Shown: positions 49,311-63,338 of the stretch, piece by piece
How positions within the stretch are numbered: position 1 is the stretch's first letter
Layout: each line of letters opens with the position of its first letter
Translations under genes and position numbers: made by a program
The notes under the pieces: model-generated
The model's database searches: none
Told to the model about the DNA's origin: nothing
What the model saw: the letters and a program-made list of their open reading frames with translations, nothing else
Assembly (NCBI RefSeq): GCF_006345805.1
Contig: NC_043020.1
Span: forward strand, 5,642,001-5,706,000
DNA: 64,000 nt
DNA from: Octopus sinensis
Taxonomy: Eukaryota
Direction of reading: 5' to 3'

Positions 49311-49889
49311 AGTAGCAGACACCGGTCAGCATATATATATATATATATAGTGGTTGTATACTGTCAACTCAACGTGACAGTCACGTTGACTTGACAGTAT
49401 ACAACCACTCTATCGCCCCACCACCGCTCATGTCTCTCTGAGACATTTAGAAATTCAATATTTCTAATTTTGGTGATCAGTGAATAAATTTCAGTGAAAA
49501 TATTATATATTTGCAAAGCGGTTGCAGCCATCTCAGCTAGCAAGACTTACTACCCTGCACTGATGACGAGCAAGGGTCAGAAACATGCAGGTCTTCAGGT
49601 GCTAATACTAGCTGGTGGGGGTGTTTGCCTCCCCTTTGCAAATATAAGGACACGGGAAATGTGTGAAAGCCGACATGAAGTGTCGATGCTTCCTAGGGCT
49701 AAATAGCGGTAGTGTGATTCCCTTTACGGGACTTCATTGTTCGCAAAATGAGTTCATATTCCATGTATTCGTATTTTTTGTTGTTTACATTCTGTGATGT
49801 CCTGTACCCACATATGCATGTGTATATACATATATATGTAAGTATGTACATATACGTATGTATATATGCATATATATTATTTATATATC

Positions 49890-50181
49890 ACGTGATCACG
49901 TGACCGACCAGACCATCAGATGTTGTTACACATCGCTGGCCACAATGCGTTCGCATTGTTTTAGCCTTCGAATGACGCCACCCCGCTGGCTAAGCGAGCA
50001 GGCCAACAGAAGGAAGAGTGGTGAAAGAGTACAGCAGGGATCACCACCCCCTGCCGGAGCCTCGTGGAGCTTTTAGGAGTTTTCGCTCAATAAACACTCA
50101 CAACGTTCGGTCTGGGAATCGAAACCGCGATCCTGCGACCGCGAGTCCGCTGCCCTAACCACTAGGCCATTGCGCCTCCAT
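49890..50181 (-). mobile_element. tRNA-derived SINE (same head as 43550-43842, different 3' half)
   Basis: Shares roughly 150 nt of head and body with the 43.8-kb copy, then diverges. Confidence 0.75.
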
Positions 50182-50249
50182 TATTATTATTATTATTATT
50201 ATATTATTATTATTATTAATATTTATATATATATGTATATATATATGTG

Positions 50250-50282
<33 letters not shown>

Positions 50283-50544
50283 GTATATTCATATATACAT
50301 ACATTTCTAACTATAAAAGTATTTGTATGTATTTATATAATATATACATATATGTGTGTATGTATGTATGCACATATAGACTTGTTTATTTGTGTGTGAG
50401 TGTATACATGTATATACTTGTATATGCATAGATATGTGAATGTGAGTGGGTGTACTTGTGTGTATACATATATAGGCATACAGAGTAAGAAAGGTGGGAA
50501 ATGTCTCTCTCTCTCTCTCTCTCCCTCTCTCCCATACACCCACA

Positions 50545-50575
<31 letters not shown>

Positions 50576-51934
50576 TTCCTGTATCGCTTGTAAGCTATTT
50601 TAAGTTTGTCAGCTGACCATTGAAAGAAACCACTTTGAAACAAATTCTGTTGTGAAATCCAGAATGGCAGTGTTTACTCAGAAATTAACCCTGAAATAAT
50701 TTATTTTGAGACAATGTTACAGGATGATGCTTTTTTATTTTTAGATCAGCCACTTATCTCAAAATGTTTCCTTAATTTATGTGCGTAAAATGACCATGTG
50801 TGATACACATTCGTTGCTATGGCGACATCCTGCACTGTTTATTTTCACAGAACTGTTGTTTTTTTACTGTGATTTATAAATAAACAGAAATCTGTCGCAA
50901 TTTAGCAAATGTGTTTGTTATCTTGTATCTTGAGCTGTCACCCTTCCTGCTGATGAATATATTTTCCCCTCTTTTCCTCTTAAGCATCAATGTTCAGATT
51001 TCTGTAAAATATATGGCATATCAACGATATGTCTCTTCGTTAGAAAATTACCATTTTTTTTTCAATCTCACAACGAGAGATATTCAGCAATGGTACTCTA
51101 CTTGTGAAGACCTGTTGAGGCAAGCGAGAATCAGAATTGAAATCGAAATCGACCAACATCAATGGAAATTGTAGCTATGATACCAGTGCCGGTGGCACGT
51201 AAGCGAACCATCCAAACGTAGCCGTTGCCAGCGCTACCCCGACGGGCCTCTGTGCCGGTGGCACATAAAAAGCACCATTCAACCGTGGCCGTTATATATA
51301 TATATAAGCTTCATGGATGGTTGATGTACAATTATATATATATCTACAGGCATCTGCGTGGGTTGTATGTAAGCTGTTAACCCTGGTGAGAAGCTCACGA
51401 ACAGCGATGTAGGAACCAGAGCAGTGTGTTGGTGCCGTGTAGACATCGACAAAGTTGGTGAGGAGACATCAGTTGTGGCGACGAAGATAGAGGTCGCTGC
51501 GAGGTAGTCAGTGGTTAGACCTTAGAAACTCTAGGACCAACTGGCGTCGAGCCTAGGAAGAGGTAAACTTTTATAGCTGTCAGGTAGGCTCAGATGCTTG
51601 TTTGGAATAGACTGTCTCACATGACTTATTTGCAGGTTGTGATTGGTTAGGTTGCATATTTGCACTCGATAGAGCATGAGACAAATTGCGCCAATATCAA
51701 CCAATCAGAGTGGCAGACACAACAGGGTCCAAAACAGCGGCCAAAGGCTAGCTGTTACCTGCTACGTTCGTATGTACTTGATATGAGAGGAAGCTCACTA
51801 GAGTTTGCTACAAGCCAATGTACAGCACATACCTTTGATCGTTATAAGCCAATCATTTATGCAGGTCAATCAACAAAAACTGAATACTCTTACGTCGTCT
51901 TCAACGGAAGATTCCATCATATATATATATATAT

Positions 51935-53908
51935 ACATCATCATCATCATCATCATCGTTTAGCGTCCGTTTTCCATGCTAGCATGGGTTGGACGGTTCT
52001 ACTGGGGTCTGTGAAGCCAGAAGGCTTCATCAGGCACCAGTCTGATCTGGCAGTGTTTCTACGGCTGGATGCCCTTCCTAACGCCAACCACTCCGTGAGT
52101 GTAGTGGGTGCTTTTTACGTGCCACCCGCACTGGTGCCAGACAGAGCTGGCAAACGGCCACGAACGGATGGTGCTTTTTATGTGCCACCGGCACGAGGGC
52201 CAGGCGAGGCTGGCAACGGACACGAAACGGGGCGGTTGCTGGCAACGGTCGCGAAACGGAAAGTTCTCTTACATGCCACCGGCACTGGTAACACATCTGC
52301 AATTTCCATTGATCGATTTCCATTGATCGATTTCGATTCTGATCCTCACTTGCCTCATCACGTCTTCACAAGTAGAGTTTTGTGTCCCAAGAAGGGAAGG
52401 TATGCATACGTAGGCTGGCTCCATCCCATGTAGAAGGCCACGGGTTATGGACTCACTTGTCCTGCCGGGTCTTCTCGCGCACAGCACACTTCCAGAGGTC
52501 TCGGTCTCTAGTCATTTCCTCAGTGAGACCTAAAGTTCGAAGGTCGTGCTTCACCACCTCGTCCCAGGTTTTCCTGGGTCTGCCTCTTCCACAGGTTCCC
52601 TCAACCGCTAGGGTGTGGCACTTTTTCACACAACTATCTTCATCCATTCTCGCCACATGACCATACCAGCGCAAACGTCTCTCTTGCACACCACAACTGA
52701 TGCTTCTTAGGTCCAGCTTTTCTCTCAAGGTACTTACACTCTGCCGAGTGTGAGTACCGGCATTACACATCCATCGGAGCATACTGGCTTCATTTCTAGC
52801 GAGCTTACGCATATCCTCAGCAGTCACGGCCATGTTTCACTGCCATGTAGCATGGCTGTTCGTACACACGCATCATACAGTCTGCCTTTCACTCTGTGCG
52901 AGAGGCCTTTTGTCACCAGTAGAGGTAAGAGCTCTCTGAACTTTGCCCAAGCTATTCTTACTCTAGCAGTTACACTTTCAGCACACCCGCCCCCGCTGCT
53001 GACTTGGTCACCTAGGTAACGGAAACTATCAACTATTTCTAGTTTTTCTCCCTGGAAAGTGACGGAAGTTGGTCTCAGAGCATTTTCAGTGTTTATTGTT
53101 CCTGAGCATCTGCCACATACAAAAACCATCTTCCTAGTTAACCTTCCTTTGACATTGCTGCATCTCTTATGTGTCCATAGCTTACACTTGGTGCATCTTA
53201 TAGAGTTTCTACCTACACCTTTTCTACAGATTGAGCAGGGCCATCTACCTGAAGGTGTTTGTGATTTGTCTACCTTCCTACTGATTACGACTTTGGTTTT
53301 AGCTAGATTGACTCTGAGGCCCTTCGATTCTAATCCTTGTTTCCACACCTGAAACTTCTCCTCCAGTTCTGATAGCGACTCAGCAATTAGAGCAAGGTCA
53401 TCAGCATAGAGGAGCTCCCAAGGGCATCCTGTCTTGAATTCCTCCGTTATTGCCTGGAGGACTATGATAAATAGGAGGGGGCTGAGTACTGAGCCTTGGT
53501 GGACTCCTACCTCTACCCGGAATTCTTCACTGTACACATTTCCAACCCTCACCCTACTAGCGGCGTCCCTGTACATGGCCCGCACAGCTCTCACTAACCA
53601 TTCATCTATCCCTAGTTTCCTCATTGCCCACCAGATAAGGGATCAGGGGACCCTGTCGAAGGCTTTCTCCATGTCAACAAAAGCCAGGTACAGGGGCTTA
53701 TCTTTGGCTAGGTATTTCTCCTGCAGCTGCCTTACCAGGAATATAGCATCAGTGGTACTTTTCCCTGGCACAAACCCAAACTGCATCTCATCTAAACTAA
53801 CTCTCTCTCTAATTAGTTGGGCTATGACCCTCTCCGTAACCTTCATCACCTGGTCCAACAGCTTGATACCTCTGTAGTTATTCCAACAGCTTGATACCTC
53901 TGTAGTTA
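51935..53908 (-). mobile_element. 5'-truncated RTE-clade LINE (RT with one stop and one frameshift, long 3' UTR, (ATG)n tail)
   Basis: Motifs QFGFVPGKSTTDAIF, AFVDMEKAFDRVP, GVHQGSVLSPLLF, LLYADD, FRYLGD, HGSETW, RRLRWYGHV and RGRGRPRKTW in ORFs 53643-53858, 52824-53624 and 52453-52833. Confidence 0.95.
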
Positions 53909-54269
53909 TACATATATATATATAAATATATATGTGTGTACATATATGTATATGAACATATATAGGTTAGTGTCATCGCCATTATCATCATCATCATCAT
54001 TTGGCATTCGTTTCCTATGCTGCAATGGGTTGGACAGTTTGACAGCCGCTCGCACCCTGGAGCACTGCACTGGGCTCTGTTGTCTACTTTCACATGGTTT
54101 CTACAGTCGGGTCCCCTTCCTAACGCCAATTACTTTACTGAATGTACTGGGTGCTTTTTATGTGGCACCTGCTCCAGCAGAGTCGCCAAGTAACTTACAA
54201 AATAATATGTGTGTGTGTAGACCCAGCAGGACAGGTGAGGCCATAATCCCGTGGCCTCTACCTGGGATG

Positions 54270-54700
54270 TAACCAGCCCACTTATGCGTTCCTTTCCTTC
54301 TTGGGACACAAAACTCCACTTGTGAAGACCTGTTGAGGCAAGTGAAAATCAAAATCAAAATCATAATCTGTCAACATCAGTAGAATTTGTAGCTGTGATG
54401 CCAGTGCCGGTGGGACGTAAGAGAACCATCCGAATGTGGCCGTAGCCAGCGCCGCCCTGACTGGTTTCTGTGCCGGCGGCATTTAAAAAGCACCATCCAA
54501 TCGTGGCTGTTTGCCAGCCTTGTCTGGCACCTGTGCCGATGGCATGTAAAAAGCACCCACTACACTCACGGAGTGGTTGGCGTTAGGAAGGGCATCCAGC
54601 TGTAGAAACACTGCCAGACCAGACTGGGCCTGGTGCAGCCTTCTGTTGAACTGTCCAATCCATGCTAGCATGGAAAGCGGACGTTAAACGATGATGATGT
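54270..54700 (+). mobile_element. 3'-UTR-only copy of the RTE family
   Basis: Reverse complement of ~51940-52430 with an (ATG)n tail. Further pieces lie at ~51095-51292, 56970-57078, 59985-60152 and 63098-63338. Confidence 0.8.
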
Positions 54701-57078
54701 GATGATATATATATATACATAACAAATTAATAAATAAAACATATGTATATACATACACGTATACATTACATTATATATATATATAATGTAATGTATGTAT
54801 GAGTGTATGTATCTATCTATATATATATGTATGTGTGTGTGTATACGCATAGAGCTGTTTCGGAAGTGTTTTTTTTATATTGTTGATGAATAGAAGTGCT
54901 GCTGCTTCATGCAAAAAATCCAGTTTCAACTGGTAAATACATGTAAGAATTAAAGATTTTGAACATCTCAATAACTAGTCAAAACCCTCTGGCTGAATTC
55001 TGGTCAGTAGATTCAAAATATCACTTTCTACTTGTTACAGAGATATCACAAATGTTTATTTCTTACATGTATTCATCTGATTGAAAAGTTTTTTTTTTCT
55101 GCATCATGTAACACTTCTATTCATTAATAAAAAAAACATGTTCGAAACAGCTGTAGTGAACCATCTGTTGTTTATTTGTTTATCATTCAACCAACTTGGA
55201 ACCTACAATTCACATGGATTTTGGAGTCTATTGAGTGCAGAGTACAACTGGTGCAGTGTTTGTACCCACGTGTGACCTTAAGGACTTGTCTGTTTGTAAA
55301 TGTACGTACAACCTGAGTATACTCCATGTCTACTTCCATAATTACGTATTTGTCATCAAATGTTGTTTGTACTTGATAGCGATACCACTTACTCAATCTT
55401 GGTACTTTACTAGTCAAGTAGCAGTTACACTTGAATCATGATGTTATATATATGTGTGTGTGTGTGTGTGTTATAATTTAGCACAAACCGTAAAAGGTTA
55501 TTAGAGTACTCAGAGTTTCGAATGTCGATGCAAAGAGCTATGCATTCTCATTTGTTCTAGATTATAACATATATAAATAGTCGTTTGTTTATCTGATATC
55601 GAGGTCTTATTCTTTTGTTGTTATTTTTTATTATACTATATATATATATAAATAAATGTATGTGTATTTTTCCAGTGTTTACAAATAACATGGAAAAAAT
55701 GTCAGAAGTAAAGGAATTTGAATAATACCCACGTTTAACTCCATTTATATATATATATTTATATATATATATATATGTACATATACACATTTATATGTAT
55801 GTATGTATGTATACACATATATATGTATGTATGTATATATATGTATATATGTATATATACACATACATATATATATATATATGTGTATATATACACATAC
55901 ATATATATATATATATACATATATAGATAGATATATACATATAGATATAAATATATATACACACACTCACACACACACATATATGTATATTTCTCTATAT
56001 ATATGTATGTATAGCTGAATATATTTTAATATATATGTGTGTGTGTGTGTGTTTGCTTTTACATATGTAATTCTGACGTTAGTAAAAACAACTCACCTCT
56101 CCACCACTACCACACACACACACACATTCGCTGTCAATTTGACCAAATACTTCAAACTCTGTGGGATTGGTGTATGAACCAGGAAGCGACACAGTAAAAA
56201 ATACATCCAACTGCTACAAATAAAAACACACACACACACACACGCTCTTTTAGTGTTTAGTTTTACACTATGCAGACTTATGGTGTGTGTGTGTGTGTGA
56301 GTTGGACAAGTCTCTTGAAAGGGGAGAACAAATATTTCCATTCATAAATCCTGTTTCCAGTCAACACAATATCATTGGGATTATTTCAAAAGCAATTATT
56401 ATTATTGCTGTTAGTAGTAGTAGTAGTAGTAGTATCATCCTCATCGTCATCATTATCATCTTACATTCTGAGTTCTAATTACACCAAAGTTGTCTTTGCC
56501 TTTCGTCTTTTCGGGGTTGGTGAAATAAGTACCAGTCTTGTACTGGGGATCAATGAAATCGAATAGCTCCTTCCCTCATATTTGAAGGAATGTTCTGAGT
56601 TCAAATTCCACCAAGGTCAACTTTGCCCGTCACCCTTTCGAGATCAATAAAATAAATACCAGTTGTACACCTGGGTCAATGTAATTAGACAAGGCCTCAC
56701 CCCCAAAATTGCAGGCCTTATACCTGCAATAGAAAGGATTATTATTATTATTATTATTATTATCATCATTATAGGTGCAGGAGTGGCTGTGTGGTAAGTA
56801 GCTTGCTTACCAACCACATGGTTCTGGGTTCAGTCCCACTGTGTAACATCTTGGGCAAGTGTCTTCTACTATAGCCTCGGGCTGATCAAAGCCTTGTGAA
56901 TGGATTTGGTAGACGGAAACTGGAAGAAGCCTGCTATATATGTATACATATGTGTGTGTGTGAGTGTTGCCCCAGATCAGACTGGGCCGATGCAGCCTTC
57001 TGGCTTCACAGACCCCAGTTGAACCGTCCAACCCATGCTAGCATGGAAAGCGGATGCTAAATGATGATGATGATGATG

Positions 57079-57109
<31 letters not shown>

Positions 57110-57744
57110 AATTTCAACGGGTTTTGCTCAAATTTGACATCACTGAATCGACAGTGAGAGAGGGATTTTCAAGACAATCAAGGGGAAGAAAAGTAAAGGG
57201 TGGGGAAAGGGGAGAGAGAAAAGGAAAGGTTTCTTTCCAATTTGATGTGATCAATCCATTGAAATTTCATTACAAAGCATTTTTTTTTCTCTTCCTCTCA
57301 TTTGTATATCTAATAACATATTTACAAATAAACACTTTTTTATCTCAAGGACTAGATGATCTTTCAGGATGTGTTTATTCAAATGTGTTTATTTACAGAT
57401 ATGTTGATAAGAATACAATGAGAAGGGAAAGAGGAGGAAGAGAAAAAAGAAGTAATGAAGTTTCAATGGGTTCACCACATCAAATTGAAATGATACCTCC
57501 CTCTCTCTTATTTCCCCACTCTTTACTTTTCTTCCTCTTTCTTGATTGTGCTGACACCCCTCTCTCTATTTTTCTCCCTCTTTGCTTTTCTTTCTCTCTT
57601 TCCTTCTTTTTCCAAAAAAAAAACAAAAATATTTTTCTCCTCTTCTAAACAAAGCAAAAATCATTTTGATTTTGTCTTGAGTTTGAAAAATGAACGAAAG
57701 CAATAATAAAGAATTATCAAAAATTCTGACTGCTTCCTTTTTCT

Positions 57745-57918
57745 CAATATATATATATATATATATACATACACACACACATACATTATACACACACATA
57801 CATTATATATAATACACACACTTATATACACATACACATCATATATACACACACACAAACACATTATATATAATACACACACACTCATTATATATAATAC
57901 ACACACTTATATACACGT

Positions 57919-57954
<36 letters not shown>

Positions 57955-58177
57955 AACATATAATACACACACTTATATACATGTTATATATATATATATA
58001 TACACATACACACATCATATATACACACACACACAAACATATATAATACACACACACATACATTATATATAATACACACACTTATATACACATACACATC
58101 ATATATACACACACACAAACACATTATATATAATACACACACACTCATTATATATAATACACACACTTTATACACGT

Positions 58178-58217
<40 letters not shown>

Positions 58218-58635
58218 AACATATAATACACACTTATATACATGTTATATATATATATATACACATACACACATCATATATACACACACACACACATTAT
58301 ATATAATACACACACACATACATTATACATAATACACACACTTATATACACATTATATATATTATATATATATACACATACACACACAAACATCATATAT
58401 ACACACACACAAACATAATACACATACACACACATACGCAAACATATATAATACACACACATACATTTTATATATACATAATACACACACACATATACAT
58501 TATATATATGCACACACATATATACATACAATATGTACATACACGCACATATATATACACACACATTATATATATATACACACACACACATATATATATA
58601 CACACACACATACATTATATATATATATATACACA
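57745..58635. repeat. Complex (CA)/(TA) minisatellite with higher-order repetition
   Basis: The block starting ~57795 recurs at ~58055. Confidence 0.85.
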
Positions 58636-59149
58636 GCATCATCATCATCGTCATCATCATACATCCGTTTCCCATACTGACATGAGTGAATGCATTATAC
58701 ATGCTGTGTATTTCAGTTTTAAAATCCATCCCCAACACTCAACCCATCTTACGAAGCAAATAAAACCGTTGGTAACATGATCATTAATCACTGACAATTA
58801 TTACTAACGAGTGAAGTCATATCAGTAATGACTGCATGAGGTCATTGTTTAGCTTTAATACTGTTTCTTTGTTTTACAGATTTTTTTCTTTTTCATTTTG
58901 TTATTCTGTATAATTTATTGTTGTAAGACGATCCCTGTTGGTCCTGATAAGATGTTGCCTGTACTTTAAGTAAATCTATAAGGAGTTTTGTGTCTCCCCG
59001 CTTGCTTGATGATTATATAACACACACACACACACACATCTAAATAAATCTATAATATTCTATCCATTACAATATTTGTAAAATTAAAAAATTAAAAAAT
59101 TGTAAATAATAAAACATGAAAATCTATGGTGGACTTTCATTAATATATT

Positions 59150-59772
59150 CTTCTCTTTCTCTTTTACTTGTTTCAGTCATTTGACTGCAGCCATGCTGGA
59201 GCATGGCTTTTAGTCGAGCAGGACTTATTCTTAGTAAGCCTAGTACTTATTCTATATCTCTATTGCCAAACCGCTGAGTTACGGGGATGTAAAGACACCA
59301 GCATCAATTGTCAAGCGATACTGGGGTGGGGTGGGGACAAACAGGCACACAAACATATATATATATGTGTATATATATATTTCAATATGTGACCTTGTGA
59401 GTACCGCTGGCAATTTTTTCTCTCTGTCTTCCCTTCTTGGGATCTTTCCTTCTATGTTTCCGACGAAGAGCTCCGCTCGAAACGTTAAACTCTCTTTCTT
59501 CCCTTCTTTCCTGAGCGTCCAATAATACTTTATTTGTTCCACGTCCTCGCGTTGTTGTGTTTTTTTGTGTTTTCTTGTTTGGATTAACTACATATATATA
59601 TATTTATATATATACATGTATACGACGGGCTTCTTTCAGTTTCTGTCTACCAAATCCACTCACAAGGCTTTGGTCGGCCTGAGGCTATAGTAGAAGACAC
59701 TTGCCCAAGGTGCCACGCAATGGGACTGAACCCGGAACCATGTGGTTGGGAAGCAAGCTACTAACCACACAC
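59150..59772 (-). mobile_element. CORE-like SINE with a Penelope-type hammerhead repeat (~59385-59590) in its internal TA tract
   Basis: The SINE halves flank a segment containing gttt-CCGACGA-a-gagc tcc gctc-GAAA-cgtt-aaac (59456-59490, + strand). Confidence 0.7.
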
Positions 59773-60158
59773 AATTATATAAACTTGGATATTTTCATAC
59801 AGGATGGCCCAAAAGTAGGTTTACAGTTATTCAACTATCTCTTTTGCGTTCATATATTAACAGTTTAGAGCTTACTCTTTTCTCTTTTACTTGTTTCAGT
59901 CATTTGACTGTGGCCATGCTGGAGCATCGCCTTTAGTCAAGCAAATCGACCCCAGGACTTATTCTTTGGAAGCCTAGTACCCATTAAAAGCACCCGTTAC
60001 CCTCTGTAAAGCAGTTGGTGTTAGGAAGGGCATCTTGCTATAGAAACCATGCCAAATCAGACTGGAGTTTGGTGCAGCCCCTCAGCTTACCAGCCCTGGT
60101 TAAACCGTCCAACCCATGTGAGCATAGACAACAGATGTTTAAATGATGATGACATATC

Positions 60159-60533
60159 TGTGGCTGTGTGGTAAGTAGCTTGCTTACGAATCAAATGGCT
60201 CCAGGCTCAGTCTCACTGCGTGGCTCCTTGGGCAGGTGTCTTCTACTATAGCCTCAGGCCGACCAAAGCCTTGTGAGTGGATTTGGTAGACAGAAACTGA
60301 AAGAAGCCCATCTATATATAAGTGTGTGTGTGTATATATATTTGTGTGTCTGTGTTTGTCCCCCCACCACCCGACATTGTTTGACAACCGATGCTGGTTT
60401 GTATACATCCCCATTACTTAGCGGTTTGGCAAAAGAGACTGATAGAATAAGTCCTGGGATCGATTTGCTCGACTAAAAGCGGTGCTCCAGCATGGCTGCA
60501 GTCAAATGACAAACAAATAAAAGAATAAAAGAG
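60159..60533 (+). mobile_element. CORE-like tRNA-derived SINE
   Basis: Runs from tggctgtgtggtaagtagcttgc through ggtgctccagcatggctgcagtc to aaagaataaaagag. Confidence 0.8.
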
Positions 60534-60652
60534 CAGGCAGCAGACATCAATGAAACACTATCAACAACAACAACAACAATCTTAATATGGGAATTTTGAG
60601 ATCTCCAGATCCAACCAACAACAATCCGATTACGGAAATTTCTGGATTTCCT

Positions 60653-60880
60653 TTAACCCTTTCATTACTGTATTTCTGTTGAGATGCTCTGTGTTGCTTT
60701 CAGTTACTTTAAATATAACACAGAATTTAGTAAAATAACTTAGTTATCATTCAACTAGTGTTAGGAACATAAATTGTGACTAAGGTTTGGTGGAAGATTT
60801 TAATTCAAAACTTATGAAAACAAGACATTTGTATTCAGAGCTAGGGCCGGTTTCAGCCGGGTTGGTAACGAAAGGGTTAA
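60653..60880. mobile_element. piggyBac-type MITE
   Basis: TTAA|ccctttcattac ... gtaacgaaaggg|TTAA. Confidence 0.8.
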
Positions 60881-61417
60881 TATAAATTTAAAATAAAGCA
60901 AAGGAAAAACAATGAAAAAATACACAGAAAGAATTCAGTTTGTTTGCAAATGTTGCCTTAGAATAATTAAGGCAAATTTATTTAAATAAAAAAAGGGGAA
61001 AAAAAAACCGAGTATATATAGATATATATATATGTGTGTGTGTGTATGTATATATGTATAAGTATAATTGGATAGAAAACATTTTAGGAAAAAAAATATC
61101 AAAAAAAAATCAATTATAATGAGGACCAGCAGTTTTTAGGGTGTGTGTGTGTGGGGCCAAGGGAGTTAGAAGTTTAAGGACCAAATGGAAGAAAGGTGTT
61201 CAAATTTCGTGGGCAGATAGGCAAGGCCGGATTTAATACTGAGAGATTATAGAGATGCGTATGTGCGTGTGGTGGTGGTTATGTATCTGTGTGTCTGTGT
61301 CTGTGCATATTTCTATACATACACATACATACATACATGGGTAACATATCAGGGTATGTATATATGCGCAATGTGTGTAGTGGTGGTCATGGCGTGCGTG
61401 TATATATATATATATGT

Positions 61418-61656
61418 ACTTTATTTGAAGCAGCAGAAAATTCAACATAACCTGTTACTCTGAGTTTCACGGTGCCGTTCATCGGACAGTTTTTGCTAGA
61501 AAAAACTAGCAAAAACTGTCCGGTGAACGGCAACGTGAAACTCAGAGTAACAGGTTTTGTTGAATTTTCTGCTGCTTTAAATAAAGCATATTACTCTACC
61601 TCTGGTATTTGAGTACTCTTTTTTCCACCTTGTTTCACATTTATGTGTTTACTCCA

Positions 61657-61660
<4 letters not shown>
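61418..61660. mobile_element. Inverted Penelope-type pLTR pair, each arm with a hammerhead-like motif
   Basis: 61418-61500 is the reverse complement of 61506-61587. Same family as 48580-48760. The cores read ccgatga/ccggtga-acggca(a/c)cgt-GAAA-ctcagagta. Confidence 0.7.
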
Positions 61661-61698
<38 letters not shown>

Positions 61699-62048
61699 GC
61701 ACATAGATACATACACATCACTGATATATATATACGGTATGTATATATGTACATGTGTGGTTATAGTTGTGTGTGCATGCATGTGTGTGTATATATATAT
61801 ATAGATATATAGAGAGAAAGAGAGACAGATATATACATACACATACATACATGCACATTAGTTATATAATTAGGGTATTATATATGCACATGGATATATG
61901 CATATTACACAAGTGTCTTAGTTGCACATGAAAAGTGTATAAACACACACACACACACATATATATCATTAGATATACAAGTACATATGTATATATACAG
62001 ACACACACACACATAAATTCATATATATATGTATATATATATGTATAT

Positions 62049-62090
<42 letters not shown>

Positions 62091-62402
62091 TAGGTATGGA
62101 GAGGAAAAAGTCATTCAGTGTGGCCATGCTGGGCAGGATGGAGATCTTTAATGGAACCGTGGCTAGGAGAACAATTGGAGTTGGTGACTAGCGGTGAGTC
62201 CCAGCGTTCGTGGCTGACCCCCGGGGCCAGATGCACAATCTGCACGTGAACGGCTTGATGCTTTTCGTGGCGTGGTGGAATGGTAATGGCCTTGTAGGTC
62301 ACTTCATCGTCTTCTTTGGGAACATATTCACCCTCGATACTGAAACAGAAATAGATAGATATATATATAAAAATATAGCATAAGAAGGGTGATGAGATAT
62401 GA

Positions 62403-62752
62403 CTTAGTTAGTTAGTTAGTTAATTTGGCTCAAAAGCAAATAGCAAGGCCATGTAAGGGGACATGGAGTTAAGTACAGGGTGGTGTTCATGTAAAGAGTT
62501 CAGGCCACTTGAGGTCCAGGGAGGCTTTGAACAAAGCGGTCGTCGGCATCTTCACCATCTCGTCTGGCAGCTTGTTCCACGGATCTGCAACCCGGACGGA
62601 GAAAGCTCCTCTCCTTTGATTGAGATGAAATCGTCGCAGGTAGAGCTTTTCGGAATGACCCCGCAGCCGACACTCTGGAGCAGGAGTGAAGAACAGCTCT
62701 TTCGAGAGGTTACACTTCCCGCTTATGATGTTGTGGGCGAGAATGAGATCGT
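62403..62752 (-). mobile_element. CR1-clade LINE 3' fragment
   Basis: Reads DLILAHNIISG...RLRGHSEKL...FSVRVADPWNKLPDEMV...FKASLD, the typical CR1 C-terminus, and ends in a (TAAC)n tail. Confidence 0.85.
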
Positions 62753-62913
62753 TTTTCAAGAGAGAGAGGGAGAAACTAATAAGCAGATGGTTATACTAAA
62801 AACAATGACAGTTTCTTGGTGTCCAAATATCGTAAGAAGACAGCATGCCCTCAAGTGTCAATGTAAAGCGATCCTTGGCACTGCAGTGCTCTTTTTTCCT
62901 GCCTGCGTTTATG

Positions 62914-62948
<35 letters not shown>

Positions 62949-63307
62949 ATAATAATATTAGGGAGTAAATCCAAACTTACAGGGAAAAAATAGCTTTAGG
63001 ATTAAATCTAATTTTACAGTATAAATATAAATTAAATTAAATTAGAGATAAAACCACTATTAGGCAAATCAAACAGTGAAAAACATAAACCAACAAACAC
63101 CATCCGATCGTGGCCATGCCAGCCTGGCCTGGCCTCTGTGTCGGTGGCACATAAAAAGCACCCACTACACTCACGGAGTGGTTGGCGTTAGGAAGGGCAT
63201 CCAGCTGTAGAAACACCGCCAGATCTGACTGGCCTGGTGCAGCCTTCGGGCTTCCCAGACCCCAGTTGAACCGTCCAACCCATGCTAGCATGGAAAGCGG
63301 ACGTTAA

Positions 63308-63338
<31 letters not shown>

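Noticed and set aside
51660-52433. 257-aa plus-strand ORF
   Set aside because: It is mostly the antisense of the RTE 3' UTR plus a (CAT)n tract, with no recognisable domain.
57061-57648. 195-aa ORF
   Set aside because: It starts in an RTE (ATG)n tail and an (AT)n tract, is low-complexity, and has no recognisable motif.
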